Counted from the first letter of the whole stretch, positions 37,500-50,935 are shown. The stretch is DNA of 63,588 bases, filler included, from Octopus bimaculoides (GCF_001194135.2; 8 parts of 7 records of this genome joined end to end with filler, not necessarily neighbours in it); one strand, 5' to 3'. A program made the numbers and translations. Notes: generated by a model from the sequence alone, not told the origin.

Positions 37500-38575
37500 A
37501 ATACCCTCATGGACTGAGACCAAATGAGGTTTATTTTGCAACATATCCCCCTTTGCGGCCACACACTTCTTTCATCGGTGTTTCAATCTTTGGACCCCAC
37601 TGGCGAAGCTTTCCTCCTGTTGGTCAAAAGTGTCAACAGTAGATATGACGTCACCATCACTGTGATACTGGCTCTCAGCCAAGTATTTTTTCATGTTAGG
37701 GAACAGATGATAGTCAGATTGGATCAAGTCAAAAGAATAGGGTAAGTGATCAACCAGTTCAAAGCCACAGTCACGTACAGCAGCCATTGAAAGCATGGAC
37801 TTGTATGTTGGAGCATTTTCCTGATAAAACAAGACCCCTTTCGTCAGTTTTCCCAGGCGTTTGATCTTCATAGCCTTTCATGACTGCCTCAGCAAGTTGG
37901 TATAGTACTCTCCATTGATGGTGTGGCCCTTTTTAAGATAGTCAATAAACACAATGCCTTCTGCATCCCATTTCCATTCAGATGAAACGACCATCGCCTT
38001 CTTGGAACAAGTGAAGAGGGGTGTTTCCACTGCATGTCTTGTCTCTTTGTCTCTGGCTCAAAATGATGAATCCAACAGCTACTCATCCTGGGTTAGGAAA
38101 TGTTCAAGGAAACCAGCTGGGTCTGCCTCAAACAAGGTTAAATTTTCCCGTGATGTGATCAGTCTGGTGCCCTTTTGATCAGGTGTCAAAAGACGTTGCA
38201 CCCACAAAGCAGAAACCTTCGTTATGCCAAGTTTATTGTGCAGAATATTCTCAACTCTCTTACCGGTTATGCTAATAGCATTGGCTATTTTATTTATAGT
38301 CAATTGCCTGTCATCCATCACCATATGGTGAACACAATCAATGTTTTCCTTGGCAGTGACAGTTGCAGGACGCCCAGGCGTTGAGTCATCAACACTCTCT
38401 CCCTTCTCTTCCTAAATTCAGATGCCAACTTTTGCACTGTTGATAAAACTGGAGCGTCATCCTCTAATGTAGCAACCAAGTCAGCATGAATGTTCTTGGG
38501 TGTTAAACCCTTTTTTTTTTGCCAAATTTTGTCGATTTTCAAGAGAAGTCACAACTAATTACTTCTGAAGTCTTT
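37500..38575 (-). mobile_element. Mariner (Hsmar2/irritans-like) transposase pseudogene; TIRs not found
   Basis: IHADLVATL..DAPVLSTVQK, KVSALWVQRLLTPDQK, TQDE, HHFEPETKRQ, YQENAP, HLPYSFDLIQSDYHLFPNMKK, KKCVAAKGDYV. Confidence 0.9.
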
Positions 38576-39887
38576 TTTTGCTGGGTATGATGGGAAGTGT
38601 CAACTGCCCACAGCCAGCAGACTAAGGTGTCACTTTTTTACTGATCATGCTTCAAGAATCCTGCGAAGAACTCTTGTATGTGTTCTATCTTTGCATTTGT
38701 ACCGATCTTTTTGAGCCATGTTGGTAGTTGAGTGCTGATACTTCCAGGCCCGCCAATCACTACTGTTACCACGTCCATTTTCTTCATTGTTCACAACCTA
38801 CATATTTACCACTTCAATTCATTATAGTTGTTCACTTTTTCTTCTTTATTTTTGATTCTATTGTCACCAGAACATGCTATGTGGATTAACATGCAAGTTT
38901 TTTTCTTTTCTGATCAAGTTTCCGATGTTTAATCTGATGGTCACACTGAATCATTGCATCCTACAGAATTTTGAGGTCCTCATTCTCAGTTACTCCTTCT
39001 AGGATTTCATCACACTAAGTCTTTGATCTTTCAAGACCATAATTTCCACGAAGCTCCCAATGGATCATTCTTGTCACGTTGTCATGTCGCATTTTCTATT
39101 CACCTTGAGCCAATTTCGGGTATCCACTAACATTGTGCCACACTGTTTCACTCCTCTCACCACACATTCTGCATTTGTCGCTCTCAGTTGTTTTATCAAT
39201 TCTGTACTTCACATAGTTTGACCTCAATGCTTGCTCTTCTGCCATGCATATAAATGCTTATGTTTCTATCTTCAAGTCACTCCTCCACACCTATAACCAC
39301 CGGATTTCTGTATCTGTCTTTGCGCTCGCATTTCTTGCAAACCGACCGTACATTTTTTTCCCTTTCCATGCCTTTTGTTCATGTTTTATTTTGTTTTACT
39401 CTTTAATTTTCCCTCTTTTAACACGATTATCAGTTTTGATGATGCCGGATTTCTTCACATACATTTTTTTACATACCACCCTAAACGGTTTTCCTCTGAT
39501 TCAACACAATCCTGACAATTAATCAAACCTCTTCCACCCTTTCTTCTGGATAAGTACAATCGATCAGTGTCGCTCTTGAGATGGAATGTTCCGTGCAATG
39601 TCATTACTCATCAGTTTATCCTCTTGTCAGTTTATGTTTCCAGTTCCATACCAAAGTGATGTTATCGCCTATGTATTTACTGCTTGGAATTTTCTTCCTT
39701 CCAGTTAATTTTCAGTGCAACTCCAATCGTAGTCTTCGGAAATACTCTTTCTTCAGCTGTTCTTTCATTTTCTTCTCCAGGATTTCATTGAACTCTAGTA
39801 TGCCAACGTATTTATTGTCTTCCTTTTCAATTTGTTTCACCACTTCCCTGTTTGGTAATTCTGTCCTTGCCAGGGACTGTAGCCTAT

Positions 39888-39890
<3 letters not shown>
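38575..39890 (-). mobile_element. 5'-truncated R4/Dong-clade LINE, decayed, 5' end at a (TAT)n run
   Basis: RKGGRGLI, DLKIET*AFI..AEEQALRSNY, CRMCGERSETVWHNVSG, RHDNV..IHWEL, VVTVVIGG, VLRRILEA*. Confidence 0.88.
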
Positions 39891-39967
<77 letters not shown>

Positions 39968-39968
39968 G

Positions 39969-40160
39969 TAAGGTGAGCCAGCAGAATCGTTAGCATGTCG
40001 GGCAAAATTCTTAGCGGTATTTCGTCCATATTTACGGTCTGATTTCAAATTTCGCCGAGGTTGACTTTGCCTTCCATCCTTTCAGGGTCGATAAGATAAG
40101 TACCAGTCGAGCACTGGGTCGATTTAATCGATTTACCCTCACACCTGAAGTTCCTGGTCT
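39969..40160 (+). mobile_element. SINE family B (tail A) between (TAT)n runs
   Basis: gagccagcagaatcgttagc...ttccatcctttcagggtcgataagataagtaccag...aaatttgaaacc. Confidence 0.88.
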
Positions 40161-40186
40161 TGTGCGAAAATTTGAAACCATTGTTG

Positions 40187-40230
<44 letters not shown>

Positions 40231-40560
40231 GTTATTATTATTATTCAGTTTATCATATGAACTGATCGTCGTTACATGACGAAATTTCAACCCCCCCAAC
40301 TTCCAACCACACCCATCACCATTTCAAACAGCTTTCTTTCCTTCCTTTTTTTTTTCGTAGAACTAATTAGTCATTGATAATTTCTAATTATCTCTCTAAT
40401 TGAATTTCCTGATTTTCAGTTTGCTTCGCAATAAACTTCTTCACCAACTTCTATCTCCATTCTTTCAACTAACACCACTACCACCACCACCACGACTAAC
40501 AGCAGCAGCACCACCACCACCACCAATATCAGCATCTCTAACACTGCTGTTGCCACTCAT

Positions 40561-40624
<64 letters not shown>

Positions 40625-40767
40625 ATCTTCTGTATCTTCTGTGACTAGAAGATGAGTGACAACAGACGGTATATTAGTACTGCTGCTGCTACACCCTTGC
40701 ACACGAAACACAAGCTACAGTTGTATTAGCAATGAAATTGACGATGTTCAGTGAGTCTACAAATATG

Positions 40768-40817
<50 letters not shown>

Positions 40818-40891
40818 GCACACATATGTATGTATGTTATACATACATACATACATACATACATACATGCATGCATTCATGCATGCATGCA

Positions 40892-40932
<41 letters not shown>

Positions 40933-41109
40933 CATTCAACTACAGTAGTAGTTAAATAATATTCTTAAGACCGCAATNNNNNNNNNNNNNNNNNNNNNNN
41001 NNNNNNNNNNNNNNNNNNNNNTTAATTAATTAANNNNNNNNNNNNNNNNNNNNNNNNNNNNNNNNNNNNNNNNNNNNAGGTATGTAGACTCTTCAAGAAT
41101 CGATCTTTA

Positions 41110-41360
41110 TATATATGTATATGTATATATATATGTATGTGTGTTTGTGCGTCTCTGTTTGTCCCCCCACCATCGCTTGACAACAGATGCTGGTGCGTTT
41201 ACGTCCCCGTAACTTAACGGTTCAGCATAAAGAGAGCCGATAGAATAAGTACTAGGCTTACCAAGAATAAGTCCTGAGGTCGATTTGCTCGACTAAAGGT
41301 GGTGCTCCAGCATGGCCGCAGTCAAATGACTGAAACAAGTAACAGAGTAAAAGAGTAAGA
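41110..41360 (+). mobile_element. SINE family C tail
   Basis: gtccccccaccatcgcttgacaac...ccagcatggccgcagtcaaatgactgaaacaagtaacagagtaaaagagt. Confidence 0.9.
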
Positions 41361-41439
41361 ATATAAGGGAAAATCTTTATACTCCTATAACAGAAATAAC
41401 CTTAGTAATGCAATGCGTATATACAGGCGCACACACATA

Positions 41440-42087
41440 AAGTAAGAGGGAGAGAGAGAGACAGAGAGCGAGAGAGAGAGAGAGACAGAGACAGAGAGAG
41501 ACAGAGAGAGAGAGAGGAGGGGGGAGAGCGAGAGAGAGAAAGAGAGAGAGAGAGGAGGGGGGAGAGCGAGAGAGAGAAAGAGAGAGGGAGAGATACCCGT
41601 GTGGTTTTGTGTCTGTGTTTATCTACACGCATATGTACATATGTACACACATACACACACACATATACATATGAGTGCGGTTCTATATACGCACGTATAT
41701 ATGTATACCTACATATCTATATAAAAGTACATATTTGTGTATGTTTGTGGGTCTACACGCAAAAAATCCCTTCCCCCTCGCGTATATGTTATACATACAT
41801 ATATGCATACACACTTCTGTGCATATATATATATACATATATATACATACACATACACAGACACATACACACACATATACGCATATATATATATATATAT
41901 ACATGCACAAACTTATACGCATATATACATACACACATATGCACATACCCATACACACACATATACGCATTTGAACATTCAACATTTCATTCATAATCGT
42001 TAGTCCGACAAAATATATTTTATTTCGCGGTTGAGAGTTCGGCAATTAATGTGCGTGTATGTGTGTGTGTGTGTGTGTTTGTGTATG

Positions 42088-42139
<52 letters not shown>

Positions 42140-42726
42140 AGTGGATTTGGTAGACGGAAACTGAAAGAAGCCTGTCGTATATATGTATATATGTATATAC
42201 GTATGNNNNNNNNNNNNNNNNNNNNNNNNNNNNNNNNNNNNNNNNNNNNNNNNNNNNNNNNNNNNNNNNNNNNNNNNNNNNNNNNNNNNNNNNNNNNNNN
42301 NNNNNNNNNNNNNNNNNNNNNNNNNNNNNNNNNNNNNNNNNNNNNNNNNNNNNNNNNNNNNNNNNNNNNNNNNNNNNNNNNNNNNNNNNNNNNNNNNNNN
42401 NNNNNNNNNNNNNNNNNNNNNNNNNNNNNNNNNNNNNNNNNNNNNNNNNNNNNNNNNNNNNNNNNNNNNNNNNNNNNNNNNNNNNNNNNNNNNNNNNNNN
42501 NNNNNNNNNNNNNNNNNNNNNNNNNNNNNNNNNNNNNNNNNNNNNNNNNNNNNNNNNNNNNNNNNNNNNNNNNNNNNNNNNNNNNNNNNNNNNNNNNNNN
42601 NNNNNNNNNNNNNNNNNNNNNNNNNNNNNNNNNNNNNNNNNNNNNNNNNNNNNNNNNNNNNNNNNNNNNNNNNNNNNNNNNNNNNNNNNNNNNNNNNNNN
42701 NNNNNNNNNNNNNNNNNNNNNNNNNN

Positions 42727-42787
<61 letters not shown>

Positions 42788-43332
42788 GACAGAGACAGAG
42801 AGGGAGAGAGAGAGAGAAAGAGAGAGAGCGTAGGAATGAGCGAGTCCAAGAGGGAGGGAGAGACAGACAGACAGAGAGACAGAGTAGGAGATGACCAAAC
42901 CGAGAGTTATTGTCGTGCTGAGTCCAAGCCAAAGACACTTATCTTCAGCTTATTTACAGCTTGTCCATATAGTTGCCGTTTATAAATACAACAGACAACT
43001 GCAATGCAGGTTCACTGCATAGTATATTGAATTTATTTCATGTCGTTTGAACAATTATTGATTTCTTCGGAGGAGAAGTGCATAATTGATAAACATACAA
43101 GTGTTTTTCTCACTGTGATATACTCAGTGTATGCGCTGTTATGGATGGGTTGGAAGTGGGCCACAAACTGCTGGAGTGATGAGTATTAGGAACCTTAGTC
43201 GCCCTTATTTCCGTCGCTGCTGCCGTCTCCGTTTTACCTTGTAGTCGAAAACTGTATATGTGTGGCTGGAGGGATAGATGTATGAAGGGAGGGGTCTTTT
43301 TTTTTTTTGTATGTCTGCATGTATGTATAGAC

Positions 43333-43404
<72 letters not shown>

Positions 43405-43476
43405 ATCTATCTGTTTGTCTGTGTTTGTCTGTCTCTCTCACTTTCCCCAACCAATCTCTATATAAGCACATACATA

Positions 43477-43538
<62 letters not shown>

Positions 43539-43732
43539 TAGATTGGCTGAAGTCCAAAATGAGTAAAACAAGTAAGCAGTGTGTNNNNNNNNNNNNNNNN
43601 NNNNNNNNNNNNNNNNNNNNNNNNNNNNNNNNNNNNNNNNNNNNNNNNNNNNNNNNNNNNNNNNNNNNNNNNNNNNNNNNNNNNNNNNNNNNNNNNNNNN
43701 NNNNNNNNNNNNNNNNNNNNNNNNNNNNNNNN

Positions 43733-43781
<49 letters not shown>

Positions 43782-43880
43782 GCGTGTGTGTGTGTATACA
43801 TCTGTGTATGTGTGTGCGTGTGTGTATATGTATGTATCTGTAATGTATGCATGTACATGTATGTATGTATGCATGTATGT
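41440..43880. repeat. Microsatellite zone: (GA)n, (CA)n, (AT)n, (TATC)n, with gaps
   Basis: Directly visible. Confidence 0.85.
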
Positions 43881-43894
43881 ATGTATGTACGTAC

Positions 43895-44480
43895 GCAAAA
43901 AAAAGACCAAATTCAAAGAAATGCGAATCGATGTAAAGAACTGGGAAGACCTATCTTTGGAAAGAGCTGAATGGTGGAATCATATAAGGGCAGGTGGCGA
44001 AATTATGGAAAATAGTCGTCTTGAGCACACAGGAGGCTAATGCATTGGCTTTAGATGGGCTGTCAATAGAAACTCGATGAGGACATAACACGCTGGATAT
44101 GTGAAACCTGTCGCTGTGTATTCCTTTCTAAGCTTCGGTTTATCAACTCTTTGAAGTCCCATGTTAGACCAACTGTATGCAACGTTTCTCCTCCTAGGTC
44201 AGGTGGTTCAACATGTGAAATATGCGAAAAGTTTGCAAGTCGATTCCGGGTCTGAAAAGACATATGGCAATACGCAGTGAATGTGTCCCACTATTAGACC
44301 CGATCAATCGAGTAGAAATTACGACGTTTGTCTGTCACTTATGCTTCAAACCATGTAGAACTGCGGCGGAGCTGAATATTCGTGTGAAAGGTCGTAGATG
44401 GAAAATCAGAAATGCCATTGACATCGAAGAAGTACAACGAGATGGCAATCATTTGTGAAGATGGAGTAATCACCACACAC
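43895..44480 (+). mobile_element. RTE-clade LINE 3' end with three C2H2-like zinc-finger remnants
   Basis: IDVKNWEDLSLERAEW; CETCRCVF...KSH; CEIC..CKSIPGLKRH; CHLCFKPCRTAAEL; ends ggcaatcatttgtgaagatggagtaatcacc. Confidence 0.75.
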
Positions 44481-45589
44481 AACACACATATGCAACACAC
44501 CTTTATCCTTTTATCCAGGCTGTATGTGTCAATATGCGTGAGTACACTTACATACACACACACACACACACACGCACACGCGCACACACATAGTGATTTC
44601 GAATTCCACGGGTGGTTATCTTATTCTAACCTACAGAGTAGCTGTGCTACACAGTGATGTGCATAAACACAAGTTTGTTACCAGTTCAAATATACTTGGG
44701 GCATATTCGATCTCGTATAAAAACCATTCACAGTGTTTTGTCATGGAGAAAATGTCTCTCTGTAGATAAATGGTGTAAATACACCAAAATCAACCTGCAG
44801 CGCCACTTACTCAAACTGTGAGATGTAAGCATTTCGAAGTGGTTATCTCCTCCTCGGCCACAGAAACCGGACAGAGTGCACTGCGAGCTGATACTTATAA
44901 ATAGAACTAAGAGCTGTTACTTTTAAATATGACGAATGAACCTTGGAAACGCTATCAACTAATTTGAACGATTAATTTCGAATTGAGTTATTTATTCAGT
45001 TAAAGCTGGTTGTGTTTATACATTTTATGAACATTTATTTTTGTCTATGTATAATAGGTAGATGCACACGAATAGAGGCAATGCAGTATTCTTGTTACCT
45101 TAGCAACATATTTAATGGCTAACAGTGGTTTACTATTTAGTGGCTATTCCGTGTTATGCCATTATGTCTGTGTGAATAAAAAAGGTAACAGTTACGCACT
45201 AATACCAACTAGATGACTGGCGAGAGTTCTAAGCCTTTTATAAATGGTAGCGAAGGATGAGGCTTCTGCACTGCGGAAAAATTACTGTTACTCGCTACAA
45301 CAAGAGTAATAATTAAATGTTAAATCGGATGGATTCGTTATATGTAAACACGCCTACAAATTCATATTAAATAAGGGGGAGTACCTGAATGAAACATTGC
45401 ATCTCTACAAGTATGACCGGTAGGTACATGGATGCAAAGGTTTTGAACATACACCTTCCTTTCCCTTTTCCTATTTTCTCCTTTTTTAAAATTGTTTAAT
45501 GCTTAAAGAACTGAGTCACACGCAATGGAGATTTTCATAAGAAATATTGACTGTTTTAATATTTGAGTTGAGTTATCTATTCCCTTTTT

Positions 45590-46150
45590 ATTTGTTTTAG
45601 TCTTTGGACTGTGGCCATGCTGGGGCATCGCCTTGAAGGATTTAGTTGAAGAAATCGGCCCATTGCATATTATTCAAAGTTTGCAACTTATTCTGTTTGG
45701 AACTTATTTCTTTTGCGAAACCGCTCAGTTACAGGGACGTAAATAAACCAGCACTAGTTTCCAATCGGCGTGGGAGCAAACAGAAAAAAACACCACACAC
45801 CCAAACTTTGGGCCTCCACACAGTTTCCTTCTACCAAATTAATTGACAAGGCATTGTTGGACTCAGGGTTATAGTAAAAAATTATATACCTTGGGCAAGT
45901 ATCTCCTACCAAATCCCTGAGTCGACCTTCGCATTTGTTTATGACTTCATGTTATGTTTCTCCACTGCCACTCCTTGATAACCGGTGTTAGCTTGTTTAT
46001 GTCCTCGTAACGTAGCTATTCAGCGTAAGTAACCAATATTATGAATTCCAGACTTAAAAAATAAGTGCTGGGGTGTAATTGTTCGACTAAACATTTCTAA
46101 ACGGTGCCCCAGAATGGCCACTAGCCAATAACTGAAACGAGTAAAACATG
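45590..46150. mobile_element. Divergently oriented pair of old family C SINEs: 45590-45880 (-) and 45885-46150 (+)
   Basis: ggccatgctggggcatcgccttgaagg... versus ...ggtgccccagaatggccactagccaataactgaaacgagtaaaa. Confidence 0.75.
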
Positions 46151-46176
46151 AAGTATACAAATCAGTAAATAACACA

Positions 46177-46213
<37 letters not shown>

Positions 46214-46367
46214 NNNNNNNNNNNNNNNNNNNNNNNNNNNNNNNNNNNNNNNNNNNNTTAATTAATTAANNNNNNNNNNNNNNNNNNNNNNNNNNNNNNN
46301 NNNNNNNNNNNNNATATATATATATATATATACGCTACAGGATTAATATAGTATTGTAAAAGATATA

Positions 46368-46528
46368 CCGTATTTTAACGTTTATAAGGAACCCCTAATT
46401 TTGGAGGCTTAAAATTTGGAAAAAAGGTTTTGTAAGAGGTTATAATACTATCCATGTATAAAAAAACTCCCATTGTTTTTAAACTTAATTTTTCACAAAA
46501 TTGGTTCGTTATCTACGTTAAAATACGG
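46368..46528. mobile_element. 161-bp Tc1/mariner-pogo (Tc2-like) MITE
   Basis: 26-bp TIRs CCGTATTTTAACGTTTATAAGGAACC vs CCGTATTTTAACGTAGATAACGAACC; flanked by TA and TG. Confidence 0.85.
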
Positions 46529-47894
46529 TGTGTATATATATATATAAACGCTATAAGATTTCGAAATTATTATTTCAGAATTAAATCTAAATTCAATCAT
46601 ATATTTTAACCTGTAGTATTAAATAACAGGAATATTTTGCTTGCAATTATACTAAATACATTAAAAAATAAAACGAGCTTTTACTTGAAACGATGAACAA
46701 GTACCCAAACCAAATTTAAACAACTAAATTTTTCAATTCAATTTTAAGCAAACCATTATCAGTTCAAATTTATTTTGAGGTCACATTTTGAGTTGCATTA
46801 CAGAAGTTTCTCGATAAAATTTAAGAACCAGTGTTTTTTTTTCCCCCTACAAATGAAAGGCAAAAAGAAATTAAATATGTCTATATAGTATGATTCCGGT
46901 CAAACTGTTGCCTGTACTTTAAATAACGAAAATACATTGTTAGCAATCAAACTAAATATTTTATGAAATATAATGCATTTTTACGTGAAACGATGGAAAA
47001 AGTATTCGACCAAATTTAATCAACTTGTTTTCAGATTTAATTTTAAGCAATTCCGTTTTTGTGTTTACTTCGCAAGATTCTTGATGTGAACTCGTGTATT
47101 GATACGGGCGAGTCACTATGCCAATAATAAATACACGTGCTGGTTCTATTTCATTTCTTTATTTTTATTAATCAATTTAGTTATCCATTTAGCCAGTTAA
47201 CTAATCGAACATTTGATTAATCCTTTCGCAATTTCATCAATGACATGCCCTCTCTGCTCCAAGACTACTTCAAATCTGTCGAAGAGAGACGTGGCATGAT
47301 GAAATCTTAAGAACCAACGTCTTATCCAGTTAATAACTGAAAATAACTAACAAGTTGCTTTACTCGTATTCCTGGTTTCACTGTGTTTTAGTTGACAGTT
47401 TGGCAATTTAACGAGAAAAAAAATGGACAGAAACATTGTATGGTGAATACAAATCTGAATATTTCTGCTAGTCTTTCATAGACTGTCTCCATAGACAAAC
47501 TGTTCACCAAGGTTAACTTGGAAGTCTCTACTTGGTCGCTTGATCCATTAGAAATAACAATGAAATCTTCCCATATCATACCCTATGGTCTTTAAAAAGG
47601 GAGAATGCGTTAGACAATACAGATGTGGATATACTATGGCTGGGCAAAAATGTAGGATGGCTACGAAAAGGAATGTCTTCGTTAATAGGTCTGTCTACTC
47701 AAACAGTTTTTCACCTTGGGTTAATCAACAACAAAAGCTACTACTACTACTACTACTACTATACTGCTGCTGCCACTACTTACAACAATAACAGTAACAA
47801 CAACAACGACGACGACGACGACAACAACAACATCATCATCATTACCACAGTGAAATCACCCTCAGTATTAGTATTAGTATTACTATTTCCATAA

Positions 47895-48100
47895 AGGCGG
47901 TGAGCAAGCAGAATCCTTAGCACGCTGGACAAAATGCTTGGCTGTTTTACGATCTGAGTTCAAATTCCGCCGAGGTCGACTTTGTCTCTTATCTTTTCGA
48001 GGTCGACAAAATAAGTACCAACTGAACACTGGAGTCAATGTAATCGACTAAAACCCTCCTCTCAAAATTGCTGGCCTCGTGCCAAAACTTGGAAACATTG
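47895..48100 (+). mobile_element. SINE family B (tail A)
   Basis: ggcggtgagcaagcagaatcc...gagttcaaattccgccgaggtcgac...gccaaaacttggaaac. Confidence 0.85.
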
Positions 48101-48184
48101 TTACGATCACTATGCAATACGCCATCTTCGTCAATATGAAAATATCCCAATGTATATATTTATAAATATCGTGTATCAGAAATA

Positions 48185-48385
48185 CAGTAAACCTCGCCAC
48201 ATCGTGAGTCACCTATCACGGTTTATTATTTAAGCTTACGTCGATTCCTCCGTGGTGTTGTTTTGCAATTATAATTAAATAAATATACACAAATTATATA
48301 TTTTTTTTAATATACAGCACTATACTGTTTTTACTTCGCGGATTTTCACCTATCGATTTTCACCGCGATAGTCGAGGTATTACTG
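48185..48385. mobile_element. 201-bp Tigger/pogo-like MITE
   Basis: TIRs CAGTAAACCTCGCCACATCG ... CGATAGTCGAGGTATTACTG with TA on both sides. Confidence 0.8.
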
Positions 48386-48744
48386 TATACGTTCTCTAAA
48401 CAATTATATATTTTCTACACCAAACAATGTATATTTTTCATCTATTCTGTAATTTTTTTTCTATCACTACTTCGGTAAGTAGCATGAAGGCAAGACTTTA
48501 CTGATGAGGACATAATAGGACTGAAATATGCTGCAAACAAAAATAATTAAAATAGTAATATAATTATTGACTAATGTTGTTTTTTACCTCATTACATAAT
48601 AATTTCAAATCAAATTTTTAATGTTCTTTGCATTAAATATGTTAATTTTAATTTGATAACTAGGATGCATGTTCATGTCAACAAAGTCTCCAAAAAGAAA
48701 ATGTTCATCTCCAAAAAGAAAATGCAAAAACCAAATCTAAAACT

Positions 48745-48897
48745 ACCTTTCTGTGTGTTGCTCATTTAGGGTTGAGTGGACTGAAGCAACGTGAAATCAA
48801 GCCTATTACTTTAGAACATAACGCACTGCCCGGTCTGGAAATCGAAACCCGATCTTGCGATTATGAATGTAACACCTTCACCACCAGGTCGTGCGTT
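48745..48897 (-). mobile_element. SINE family D head/core
   Basis: gagtggactgaagcaacgtgaaat...gcccggtctggaaatcgaaacc...ccaccaggtcgtgcg. Confidence 0.7.
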
Positions 48898-48989
48898 AAT
48901 CATTTTCTTGACGCTTTAACGACTCTGCCAACACGCCGCTCTTAATAACATACTGATTTTCAAACTCAAACAGAGGTTCAGCAGTTTTG

Positions 48990-49170
48990 AGGGGCGGGGA
49001 GCAGTTGATATCATCGACTCTGCTACTAGACAGGTACTTTATTTTGTTGAGCCCTGGAGGGATGATGGGCAAGGTTGACCTCGTCTGAATGTGAATGCAA
49101 ACTGCCAGAAGGAATGCTGCCATGCATTTGTCAGACGTTCTCACGATTGTGCCAGCTCACCGCCATCTAA
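48990..49170 (-). mobile_element. SINE family B, degenerate
   Basis: caggtactttattttgttgagccctggagggatgatgggcaaggttgacc...gccagctcaccgcc. Confidence 0.75.
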
Positions 49171-49552
49171 TGATCAGCTAATAATAAGCTCGGCCTTCAC
49201 AACATCTTTCCATTTAAATGTAACGTAACAGAAACAGGTTTTTTTTTTTCCATTAGCTAAATTAAGCCAAACATATTTCTCACCTGTGATTTATTTTGTA
49301 CTCTTTCTACTCTGAAAGATTATACACAGCAATGCTAATAATCTCTGTTCACGTTTATTCAAATTTTCGAAAGCTTATGTATATTTTCTCTGGATTTACT
49401 ACTATTCCCATATAATCTCATTGCCAAACACTGATAGCGTGTTAGGTCAAAATTAGGTTTGAACTAAAACATTGTATTAGATGTGAAATTCTCTTATCTC
49501 AAGTTCGTTGTTTTTCAAAGTACTAGAATGTAAGTATGAGTGCATACATACA

Positions 49553-49651
<99 letters not shown>

Positions 49652-49911
49652 CATAAATAATATATAAATATATGCATATATCCATACATATATGTACATA
49701 CCTACATTTATATGTATACATACATGTATATACGGGTACAGGACATCACAAAAAACGTTAAACACAATGAGAAACGAAAACAGAAAACGAACGTTTTTTC
49801 GAACAACAAAAAAAAAACAGAGAAACGAGACATGCAACATAAAGAGTATAACCCTTCGTCATTAATCTAACACACCTGAATAATTTAATCCTACGTTTTC
49901 GCGGATCGATA

Positions 49912-50170
49912 ATGTGTGTCACAATTCCTGTATCCTTCTACCTCTTAGGTACCAGCTTGGATAGTGTGCCAAGTGCAGCAAACACCACGGGAACAATTGT
50001 CAACTTTGTATTCTACAATCTCTTTATCTTTTTAGCTGTAATTTGTATTTGGAAGCCACTGATCCTGAACAGCAATAACACACCCCTTAGTTTCCGGCTC
50101 GAGACCAGAGCATGCCAGCCTTTAATAGGTAAGGGTTCGGTCACCATCAGAGTACCTATCTCTAACCGGG
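49912..50170 (-). mobile_element. Internally deleted R4/Dong-clade LINE fragment
   Basis: WLACSGLEPETKGCVIAVQDQ joined almost directly to IVPVVFAALGTLSK; paralogous to 11130-11230. Confidence 0.65.
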
Positions 50171-50270
50171 CCATGCTGTGGTTTTACTCTTATTTTTCAT
50201 TAGTGTATTAGAGGCTAGTTAGTTTGGGCTATATTTAAAAAAACTTTATTTTGCCTTGTCTGTTAGGGAC

Positions 50271-50340
50271 ACTATTTCTTCGGGTACTATACTATTTTCT
50301 TCGGGTACTATACTATTTTCTTCGGGTACTATACTATTTT
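50271..50340. repeat. 21-bp tandem repeat, ~3.4 copies (actattttcttcgggtactat)
   Basis: Directly visible. Confidence 0.9.
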
Positions 50341-50509
50341 CAAGTCTAAACCATTCAGCGCATCAGCTGATATTGCATTTCTCTAAGTTAAATGTGTGAA
50401 ACCATTTTTGTATCGAAAATGTTTCATTTTGTTTTACTACCATACAATAATTTGGCTTAAGTAAAATTAAGATTGATAGTACCTCTAATAAATTCAATGG
50501 TCATAATAT

Positions 50510-50935
50510 TGATTTCGAATTCTGACGATTTCGAGGAATGAGGTAAGTCGATAATATCGACCCAAGGGCTCAACTGGCACTTATTTTATCGACCCCGGAA
50601 GGATAAAAGGCAAAGTCGACCTCGGCAGAATTTGAACTCTGAACGCTGAAGACGTGCTAAGTACCTCTAATCATGCTGACGATTCTGCCAGCTCACCGCC
50701 CTAAAAACGGTTATAATATTGGTTTCAAATTTTGGCACAAGGCCAGCAATTTCAGAAGAGGGGCTTAGTCGATTACATCGACTCCAATGTTTAACTGATG
50801 CATAATTTATCGACCCCGAAAAGAAGAAAGGTAAAGTCGACCTCGGTGGAATTTCAACTCAGAACGCAAGGACGAACGAAATGCCACAAAGCATTTTGCC
50901 CGGCGTGCTAACAATTCTGCTGGCTCGCCACCCTA
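50510..50935 (-). mobile_element. Two tandem family B SINEs
   Basis: Two gaccccg(g)aa...aaagtcgacctcgg...tgccagctc(a/g)cc(g/a)ccct units. Confidence 0.88.
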
